A stretch of 64,000 bases of DNA from a virus, in the IMG/VR virus record IMGVR_UViG_3300035181_002344; one strand, given 5' to 3'. The notes under the pieces are model-generated. The model was not told the origin of the DNA. It searched no databases and saw only the letters and a program-made list of their open reading frames with translations. Both the position numbers and the translations under genes were made by a program. The stretch's first letter is position 1, and every line of letters starts with the position of its first letter. Positions 56,973 through 64,000 of this stretch are shown piece by piece.

Positions 56973-57395
56973 TCATCCCAATGTAGTTATTGATGATTCT
57001 CCTACTAATTCAATAATATTGCGGATATGGAAGAGCGCCATATCTAAAATCTTTTCTCTATCCATATTCGTAGCCTTTTCAATTTCGTCCCAATCTATTT
57101 CATCCTTTGACAAATTAAAAAACTCTTCTCCCATATCATCTTTGATATCATCAATACAATCTAAAATATCTTTTCCTGTGAATAGATATTGAAAATCATC
57201 AGCTGATTCTTCTAGCATAGATTGTATGAATTGAACTATTCCGGTCATTAGACTATCCTGCGGAACTAATTTATAGATCGGTTGCACTTCTAATGTAATC
57301 GGAGCGTTTGATTTCTTTACGAGATCAACTAATTCGCTAGAATGCATATTAATATCTCCTTTTATCTTTGCGATTAACTTTTTCTTCTGAGCCAT
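56973..57395 (-). CDS. Acidic hypothetical protein
   Basis: ORF; real start may be MHSSE after an AAGGAG RBS. Confidence 0.55.
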   Translation of the reverse strand: MAQKKKLIAKIKGDINMHSSELVDLVKKSNAPITLEVQPIYKLVPQDSLMTGIVQFIQSMLEESADDFQYLFTGKDILDCIDDIKDDMGEEFFNLSKDEIDWDEIEKATNMDREKILDMALFHIRNIIELVGESSITTLG

Positions 57396-57768
57396 TTGTT
57401 TTCTTTGTAACAGCTGGCATTGGATTATATGGTTCTCTTAAAATCGGCGGAACAATAATATTAACGGCTTGTTCAAATTCCTTTATTATCCATATATCTA
57501 TTGGCTCGGTAGATTTTAGCGGATAGAAAGTTGCCTTTTTAACCATATTCTCATTGAATATTTTATCCGGTGCTTTTCTCGTTATTAAGCCAATGATATT
57601 TATAACCGGCGCACCAATTTCATTAACTGTCTCATAAAATAAATGAGCAACAACCTTTTCGTGCATCGGAGTTAAATGAGATAAGGGAGAAGCGTAGACC
57701 ATAAATTTATCTCCGTTCTCCCTTGTATATGTTATGCCAACTGTATCTAAAATACGTTGAACATCCAT
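57349..57768 (-). CDS. Hypothetical protein
   Basis: 139-aa ORF. Confidence 0.55.
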   Translation of the reverse strand: MDVQRILDTVGITYTRENGDKFMVYASPLSHLTPMHEKVVAHLFYETVNEIGAPVINIIGLITRKAPDKIFNENMVKKATFYPLKSTEPIDIWIIKEFEQAVNIIVPPILREPYNPMPAVTKKTNGSEEKVNRKDKRRY

Positions 57769-57769
57769 A

Positions 57770-58231
57770 TTACATTAGCCTTTCATCATCAATGAATTCT
57801 TCATAATCAGCCACTTCAATTACTTTCTGAACTGGAGCTGCTTTCTTAGAAATAGCTTTTTTAGATGGAGGAGCTGCTGGAGCTTCATCATTAGCGGTAG
57901 ATTTTTGCTCATCGTGAGGACAAATATCTTCAACGACTAAATCTGTGAATGAAGCTTTAGTTCCATCTTCTTTTTCATATGTCCCTGTTCTAAGAGAGCC
58001 TGAAAATGAAACTCTGCGGCCTTTCTTCAGCTTATCTGCAATAGCTGGATGAAGTGCATTAAAATACACTAAATTAACATAATTGGCACGCTCTTGCTTA
58101 TTACCACTTGCGTCTTTATAGACATAATTCTGAACTCCACGCATCTTAGTAATTGTGCCTGAATTTGTTGAAATTACTTCGGCATCGCTTGTTAAACGAA
58201 CGACACCACTGACTTTTAAGAATTCTAACAT
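57770..58231 (-). CDS. ssb: Single-stranded DNA-binding protein
   Basis: RLT.DAE, LKKG.RV...GSLRT..YE..DG, acidic tail. Confidence 0.85.
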   Translation of the reverse strand: MLEFLKVSGVVRLTSDAEVISTNSGTITKMRGVQNYVYKDASGNKQERANYVNLVYFNALHPAIADKLKKGRRVSFSGSLRTGTYEKEDGTKASFTDLVVEDICPHDEQKSTANDEAPAAPPSKKAISKKAAPVQKVIEVADYEEFIDDERLM

Positions 58232-58320
58232 AGTAGACTCCTTTTGTTTTGTTATTAGATTAGTTTGTTGATTTATTAATAATCCACCAAAGAGAAAAGT
58301 TTTTGATGACTATAATATAC

Positions 58321-60342
58321 CTAATTGGCTATTTGTTTTTGGCTAATAAAATTGTCTCTTTCTATTTCGATATTAGCCGTGAGATTACCATAGTTTAATG
58401 TAATCAATTTATTACGGTGATCACTATTCTTTGGATCGAGTTCATAGCAGATATTAGAAATTTGCATAAGCAAACTCGAGCTAAAGCCGTTTAACGCCTT
58501 TGATAATAAATGCGCTGCGAGCAACAAATCTTCCTGAGTGACAGTTCCATTATATTTCAATCTATGCTGATTTTCTTTATAGCGAGCTATATAATAAGCA
58601 TTCTCGTGATAGAATATATTGAAACATTCGGGATAGAGATTGCGCAGCTCCGTGAGCGTGATATCGCTTGTAGATATTATCTCATTTTCTAAGATATTCT
58701 TAGCATATTTAAATTCCTGAGAATCTTGCATATTATTCATTATATGATGATAAGCCGGATATATTATTTTCATTATCTCAGGCAGCTTATTTGCTTCGAT
58801 TTTATATAATCTTACGATAAATTGTATTGTTGAGCGGATAGCGTCCTTATTGAGAATTGTGAAAAATCGGCTGCTTCCTTTTCCTAATTCGCCTGTATAT
58901 CCTGCTACGCAATGATGTTGACGAACGCCTTCGAGTAACATTTTTGCGCCGTCATCCATCTCTTTGATAATAGTATTCGTTTCTTTGCTTATCGTATTAA
59001 TAATTCTCTCAGGAAGCGATATTACACTAGTTTTCTTGAATGAAGCTATTTCTTTTTCGATTAATTTCCTTGCCGCGGCCATAAATTCTATATGGCTATT
59101 CACTTTAATATTATTACTTTCGATGATTCCAATGGCTATTAATCCATATTCTCTTAATAGCTCTTGGAGAAATTCATAATATTCAATAAAATGCGGCACA
59201 GTAAAAAATCCCACATTACGCAATAATCCGGAATGCTCTTTGAAAAACGCATTTACTTTCTTCAGCGTTGCTTGCTTTATCTCCGGATAATGATATCTAT
59301 CGCGGATAAAGGAAAATGTGAATAACGGATATTTCCAACAAGCTTCTATGATATTATCTCTTAGATATTTACTAAGCGTATTATCATAGATAATATTATA
59401 GAGAAAGATGTTTAGATATTGATTGCCAAATTCATCGATTCTGAGGGATTTGGATAATGATTTTATTAATTCGGCGACTTTTATTTCTTTATCTTTGACA
59501 CGGTCTAACACTTCTTCGTTAAATTCGAAATACAACAGATTAGTTCTCTGCAATTCATAATAATTCGTGCTAGTAGAGATATCAATATATCTTCCATATT
59601 GCTCACAATATTTCTTTGCCTCTGGATATTTATTCACGGAGATTTCAGTGACTCTGAAATTGAAATATTTGCTCGCAAAAGCTAATTTATCTATCTCATC
59701 TTCAATATTACAATACAAATAAGGATTCTCCAATACCTTATTAAATAACCGCGGCAAACTTGAACCAACATTCGTTGCATAGATTATTTGTAATTGCAGA
59801 CTAGATAAAAAGCTCACAAACCAATTGGTATAAACCAATGTTTTCGTCTTTAAATCAATACCTACCTGCACAGAATTAAAATCAAAATGAGAAATAATCT
59901 CATAAGCGAAATTCATAGTGCTAAAACTAACATCCACTATGATATAATTCGCCTTTCCATTGTATAAAACGCGTAAAATGCGATAATCCGCTTTACTTCC
60001 AATAGCTAATCTGTCTATATTATATTCATTACTAAATGATATATTTTCGGAATATACAGTTTCGCAATAAGCATAGATATCGTAAACACCTTCAATATGT
60101 ATTTCATTAGTAATAAATATATCTACATCATTAATCGGAGCATTTATATTATATATCATATTCATTATGATATTACCAACAGCTCCGCCACATACAACGC
60201 CTTCATTTGGAAGATAGCAGATAGAATTAAGTTCTCGGAGGATTTTATCTGGGAGTTCGGGATTTTCTAAAAATGCCCGAACTTCCTTTTCATCCTTCGG
60301 ATACATTTTAACCTGCGGTCTTAAATCATTCGCTGTCATCAT
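58321..60342 (-). CDS. Nucleotidyltransferase-like N-terminus fused to PcfJ-like C-terminus
   Basis: GGAV...NDVDIF...FDF (Pol-beta/CCA-type NTase motifs); EG.RQHHCVAGY (PcfJ-like). Confidence 0.55.
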   Translation of the reverse strand: MMTANDLRPQVKMYPKDEKEVRAFLENPELPDKILRELNSICYLPNEGVVCGGAVGNIIMNMIYNINAPINDVDIFITNEIHIEGVYDIYAYCETVYSENISFSNEYNIDRLAIGSKADYRILRVLYNGKANYIIVDVSFSTMNFAYEIISHFDFNSVQVGIDLKTKTLVYTNWFVSFLSSLQLQIIYATNVGSSLPRLFNKVLENPYLYCNIEDEIDKLAFASKYFNFRVTEISVNKYPEAKKYCEQYGRYIDISTSTNYYELQRTNLLYFEFNEEVLDRVKDKEIKVAELIKSLSKSLRIDEFGNQYLNIFLYNIIYDNTLSKYLRDNIIEACWKYPLFTFSFIRDRYHYPEIKQATLKKVNAFFKEHSGLLRNVGFFTVPHFIEYYEFLQELLREYGLIAIGIIESNNIKVNSHIEFMAAARKLIEKEIASFKKTSVISLPERIINTISKETNTIIKEMDDGAKMLLEGVRQHHCVAGYTGELGKGSSRFFTILNKDAIRSTIQFIVRLYKIEANKLPEIMKIIYPAYHHIMNNMQDSQEFKYAKNILENEIISTSDITLTELRNLYPECFNIFYHENAYYIARYKENQHRLKYNGTVTQEDLLLAAHLLSKALNGFSSSLLMQISNICYELDPKNSDHRNKLITLNYGNLTANIEIERDNFISQKQIAN

Positions 60343-60589
60343 TGTTTTCTGTTAAATCAATTGATAAATTATAGTTTTTAACAAAGCGGCCATAAAAAGC
60401 CATCGCTGTAATTATATCCCATAAAATAAAGAATACAATAGCTAACGGCCCAAAAACTATAATTGCGGCTATCATCAACAAAACATATAAACCGACAACA
60501 ATAAATGGATTACTAACAAGAATAGCGGTTTTAACTACAGATTTTGCTACCGCTTGCTTTGCTGCTCTAGTTATATCTTTCATCTCCAC
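60326..60589 (-). CDS. Membrane protein
   Basis: Long hydrophobic segment. Confidence 0.6.
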   Translation of the reverse strand: MEMKDITRAAKQAVAKSVVKTAILVSNPFIVVGLYVLLMIAAIIVFGPLAIVFFILWDIITAMAFYGRFVKNYNLSIDLTENNDDSE

Positions 60590-60860
60590 TCCTACTTTTA
60601 TATGTAATAATTAGTTTATTTGCTTCGGCTAAAACTTCATAGTTATTGCATACTATCTCGCCATTACAAAAAATCGCGGAATGAATTGTATCATAACTCA
60701 CTATTTTAATGCCCATAATAACATTTTCACTCAAAACAACATAATTACCTTTATGCAATATCTCTAATGGCACAGCTAAAGTAATTATATCCGTGGTAAT
60801 AACTTCTCCGTTGACTTTAACATCAACGATAAACTGAATATTATTTTCTTCCAGCATCAC
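60567..60860 (-). CDS. Hypothetical protein
   Basis: 97-aa ORF. Confidence 0.55.
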   Translation of the reverse strand: MMLEENNIQFIVDVKVNGEVITTDIITLAVPLEILHKGNYVVLSENVIMGIKIVSYDTIHSAIFCNGEIVCNNYEVLAEANKLIITYKSRSGDERYN

Positions 60861-61344
60861 TATAAATCTCTCCTTTTATTGAAGTGAACCACTTCTTTAT
60901 TTGAATATTGTGCTTTTTAATTAATTGCTGAGCTTCTCTAATAAGCTCCATAACCTTCTCCTTATCATCCTTAGTATTAGGCTTACCCTTCGTTACCCAC
61001 GAAATAGCCGTAACACTATCAGAATAAATAATCCGCGGGATATCTTCTTCTATATGCCTATCTATATACCTACAGGCATTAACAATAGCTTCTAATTCCC
61101 TAAAATTATTAGTTCTATTCTCAGAATCACTACCTTCGAGAACTACAGTAGTGCCTAAGGTGACTTTCCATCCTCCGGGACCATTCTGAGCTCCCCAACC
61201 ATCGCAAGTGAAAAAATCGGCGGGAAGGACCTCCTCTTTTTCCTCTCTTACCTCTACTACCTTAACATCTCTAATAGTAGATAACTCATATAATAGCTCG
61301 GAGGAAGAAAGATTACTTACCAAACTAATAAAATACTTAGACAT
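60841..61344 (-). CDS. Ribonuclease H (type I)
   Basis: TCDG..NGPGG, TNNFRELEAI, IYSDS..AISW, D.GRK. Confidence 0.88.
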   Translation of the reverse strand: MSKYFISLVSNLSSSELLYELSTIRDVKVVEVREEKEEVLPADFFTCDGWGAQNGPGGWKVTLGTTVVLEGSDSENRTNNFRELEAIVNACRYIDRHIEEDIPRIIYSDSVTAISWVTKGKPNTKDDKEKVMELIREAQQLIKKHNIQIKKWFTSIKGEIYSDAGRK

Positions 61345-62193
61345 AAAGATTCTCCTTTGTTAAAAAAAGCCGCGAAAATAAAAATCTCACCTTTCTATCT
61401 GCTCTATATCATTAAATACTATATACTATAGAGACACCACTAACATCAACGATAACATCATCAATATTAGCTAAACCTCAGCAACAATCGCAAAATAAGC
61501 GATATTCGCGATATTTGACAATATCTAGCGATATAGCCGTGATAACGGCACTATTTGCGATAATAATAATAATGGCGATATTTTGCGATATCCGATGGTA
61601 ATTGATGGTACCCAGCGGTAACTGTGGTATCCAGAGGTAACTAACGGTACCCGGTCACCACCGCAGCCTCTCATTGCCTTAGCCAACTGAAATATTCGTT
61701 TTTATCATTGTTTTCGCCATTGCAGTCTCTCGTTACCTTAGCTCACTGAAATGCTTATTTTGCCAATAATCGCTAGTATCTCTGTAGTGTCTATAGTATT
61801 AGTCTCTATAGTATATAGAGAGGGCGGGTAGAGAGAGAGTTATATGCGGGGTTTTTTATTTCCCGCGGGCTATAAAATGTGTATTTAGCTTAAAAATGCG
61901 TTATCCTTAGGGTTAAGAGAGGATTTTATTCCTGGCGGGAATAAAATCTCTTCTGTCTCTGTTAATGATATAGTATATACACAGAGACCACTATATCTTA
62001 GCATTACAGTAATCGTTTACTATTAGATGTCAGTTTTCTCTCAGAGGCAAGCGAGATTCTACAAAATCGCGCGGGAAAATATCTCTCTTTTCCCTTATCC
62101 GCTAATATCTCTACTATACAGTTATATCCTTAGACTATATACTATCCTCCGGAGAGGGATTATTATCCTCCGGGGGCATTATTTATCCTCCGG
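61345..62193. promoter_or_regulatory. Long non-coding control region (candidate replication origin, packaging or terminus region)
   Basis: ~850 bp without ORF; 17-bp perfect inverted repeat, 10-bp-phased GCGATA and GGTA arrays, 40-bp direct repeat. Confidence 0.55.
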
Positions 62194-62361
62194 CTAGCGT
62201 TTATCCTTCGGATATTGGCTATCCTTCGGGGTTTTAGCTGTTTTCCGGTGGTTATTTATCCTCCGGGGCTGTTTATTATCCTCCGGAGAGGGTTGGTTAT
62301 CCTCCGGGATATTAGATATTCTTCGGAGATTACTATCCTCCGGTTGTTGGTTATTCTCCGG
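62143..62361. repeat. Array of ~12 TATCCTCCGG-type decamers spaced 17-21 bp
   Basis: Copies at 62143, 62164, 62184, 62202, 62220, 62239 (degenerate), 62257, 62277, 62298, 62317, 62334, 62352. Confidence 0.9.
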
Positions 62362-62514
62362 GGGTTTATTTGGTAGGTTTGTTATACCTGCATATATGAA
62401 GATAAATGAGAAAATAGCGAATAATGCGGCAATTATGTAATTTTCGGCGTCATAATTTCTTATTGATGCTATACAGAATAGTAGTGATGTAAAATAAGCA
62501 TATAGGGGTTTCAT
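62194..62514 (-). CDS. Small membrane protein whose tail is encoded by the decamer array
   Basis: Two TM segments, then PED/RRI/PKD low-complexity tail. Confidence 0.5.
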   Translation of the reverse strand: MKPLYAYFTSLLFCIASIRNYDAENYIIAALFAIFSFIFIYAGITNLPNKPPENNQQPEDSNLRRISNIPEDNQPSPEDNKQPRRINNHRKTAKTPKDSQYPKDKR

Positions 62515-62559
62515 TGTTAGTGTTCCTTTTTTGTGCGGGAATTTTTATTCCCGCCAGGG

Positions 62560-62931
62560 TTATTTATCCTTATCTGCTTCAATAGCTTGTTCTCTTTGCT
62601 TTTTACGCTTATACATTATTATTAACAGCAATATAGATATTGCATCGCTAAATGCCATACCTAATATACCGCCTTCTACGCCTTGGCCCATTCCTAAGAC
62701 ATCTACGGCGCTTATGGTTATCATCATATCGAGGATAAAATAGCGGCCTTCTGTGACTAATATTCGTAGGTTATCATAGTAAAAGCGGAATTGTTGGAAT
62801 AGCCCCATTTTTCTCCATTTTTCATCATCGGGCTTTAGGGGCATTGCTTCTATGGCGGTTTTTATTTCTAGATACCATAGAGACACAGTTAGCGCGATGA
62901 TCAGGAGACCGAAACCGAATAATCCTAGCAT
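62560..62931 (-). CDS. Membrane protein
   Basis: N-terminal TM, Gly-rich hydrophobic hairpin, basic C-terminus; AAGGAG RBS. Confidence 0.65.
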   Translation of the reverse strand: MLGLFGFGLLIIALTVSLWYLEIKTAIEAMPLKPDDEKWRKMGLFQQFRFYYDNLRILVTEGRYFILDMMITISAVDVLGMGQGVEGGILGMAFSDAISILLLIIMYKRKKQREQAIEADKDK

Positions 62932-62969
62932 TTTTGCTCCTTTTTAATTGTTTTTGCTCTGTTCTCGAT

Positions 62970-63002
62970 AAAAAATGCGGGCAGATTAATTCATCTACCC
63001 GC
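62970..63002 (-). terminator. Intrinsic terminator
   Basis: GCGGGUAGAU/AUCUGCCCGC stem with U tract on minus strand. Confidence 0.7.
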
Positions 63003-63013
63003 TGCAGGAATAA

Positions 63014-63349
63014 TTATTCTTCAGTTTTCTTAGCTTCTTCAATATCAGCTTCTGTAACTTTAACTGCCTTAGCTAATTCATAGGCGATTTTGATGTCTTC
63101 TAATTTCTCTCTTGCTGCTTTGATTCTATCAGAAAGACCACGAACTACATCTGCTGGGGATGTGTCAAATGCCAATTTGGCTACTTTCCCAACAGCGCCG
63201 GTTCCATTTTTTACGCCATTTACTACATCTGCTGGTGATGAATGATATGCGCTATTCAATTCATTAGCTATACCAGCGATTAATTTGTTTTGCTTAGCTT
63301 CTTCTGAGAAAGCTTGAGCGGCTTTTTTGAATCCAGATAAAATACCCAT
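63014..63349 (-). CDS. Ala/Lys-rich hypothetical protein with internal SPADVV repeat
   Basis: AGGAGG RBS; SSPADVV and TSPADVV. Confidence 0.7.
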   Translation of the reverse strand: MGILSGFKKAAQAFSEEAKQNKLIAGIANELNSAYHSSPADVVNGVKNGTGAVGKVAKLAFDTSPADVVRGLSDRIKAAREKLEDIKIAYELAKAVKVTEADIEEAKKTEE

Positions 63350-63369
63350 GGTATCCTCCTTCGTTTAAG

Positions 63370-63594
63370 TTATTGGTTATTGTTTTTAGGTTTAGATTGT
63401 ATTATTTTACTAATGTATGGCTTCAATACGAAGACCAATGCCACTGCAGCGGGTATGAAAAGAGATATTCCAACGGATAAGAGAATTATAGTGACCACGG
63501 CGAAGAGAAAAAATGCCGGAATAACCACAATAATCCACATTATTCGCTTAATATCTTCTTTCCAAGCATCATTATTTACGTTTCTTGTTGACAC
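63370..63594 (-). CDS. Small membrane protein
   Basis: Long hydrophobic stretch. Confidence 0.55.
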   Translation of the reverse strand: MSTRNVNNDAWKEDIKRIMWIIVVIPAFFLFAVVTIILLSVGISLFIPAAVALVFVLKPYISKIIQSKPKNNNQ

Positions 63595-63985
63595 GGGCTA
63601 CCTCAACATTTTGTGGATAAGCCACAACAGCTGCCTTTTCTTCTTTAGGGACTATTAACTCTCCTGTATTTAAGAAATTCATATAAGCCGTATTTGCATG
63701 ATCATCTGGCACAGATACTGACTGCATATCTGTTATATCACGCAATTTAGACTCAGGAACTCCAACGCGATACATTTCATATTCTGCGTTTTTACGGAGT
63801 CTGTCATGAAAGCGGAAACCTACAGCTTCAAGACCACGGCGGATAGGAGAAATTATATCTGCGGGGATTTTTACCCACAAATTCAACCATCCACTATTCT
63901 TATTATATGAACGTACTAGGACAGGAATCTGATACTCCTTCTTTCCTATAAGCATAGGAATCGGAGAATATTCAATTGTAGTCAT
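63572..63985 (-). CDS. Hypothetical protein
   Basis: AAGGAGG RBS; 137 aa. Confidence 0.7.
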   Translation of the reverse strand: MTTIEYSPIPMLIGKKEYQIPVLVRSYNKNSGWLNLWVKIPADIISPIRRGLEAVGFRFHDRLRKNAEYEMYRVGVPESKLRDITDMQSVSVPDDHANTAYMNFLNTGELIVPKEEKAAVVAYPQNVEVARVNKKRK

Positions 63986-64000
63986 AGCTGACCTCCTTTT

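Larger units (their letters stand above)
1..64000 (-). other. Segment of a large lytic-type dsDNA phage genome (replication, transcription, nucleotide metabolism, accessory genes)
   Basis: Co-oriented and tightly packed ORFs with many small hypotheticals. Phage-type primase-helicase fusion, DnaE, RecA, NrdJ, ThyX, RNA ligases and its own RNAP. No housekeeping or ribosomal genes. Confidence 0.93.

Noticed and set aside
62143-62361. Decamer array as a CRISPR array
   Set aside because: Repeats are 10 nt and spacers 7-11 nt, far below CRISPR dimensions; no cas operon.
1517-63658. Plus-strand ORFs from the track other than hsp20
   Set aside because: Short antisense shadows of minus-strand genes with no RBS or recognisable motifs.
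1-64000. tRNA genes and stop-codon reassignment
   Set aside because: No cloverleaf with a GTTC T-loop found in intergenic gaps; conserved genes are full length and coding density is high under the standard code.

Overview
This 64-kb window is an AT-rich, densely packed segment of a large dsDNA bacteriophage genome. Almost all real genes are on the minus strand; the only convincing plus-strand gene is hsp20. I saw no virion structural genes, tRNAs or CRISPR array. In transcription order (right to left) it holds: small membrane ORFs and a ~1-kb repeat-rich non-coding control region; RNase H, SSB and a LigD-like phosphoesterase/ligase; a TerD-type protein flanked by structured RNAs; ThyX and two RNA ligases; an accessory block including three paralogs with 29-aa helical repeats; SLT, SLOG, macrodomain, exonuclease and MazG-like genes; a single-chain two-barrel RNA polymerase; a ubiquitin-like cassette (Ubl, E2, JAB, E1/ThiF) running directly into a retron-like reverse transcriptase with a non-canonical YGDN motif, a Zn-ribbon protein and a Whirly-like ssDNA-binding protein; class II ribonucleotide reductase; RecA; a DnaE split into two genes without an intein; primase-helicase and nucleases. 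At least five intergenic regions fold into elaborate RNA structures that I cannot assign to a known family. The strongest candidate for an undescribed system is the Ubl-E2-JAB-E1-RT(YGDN)-Zn ribbon-Whirly operon, possibly working with one of the orphan structured RNAs. All assignments come from motif recognition by eye; no searches or folding programs were run.
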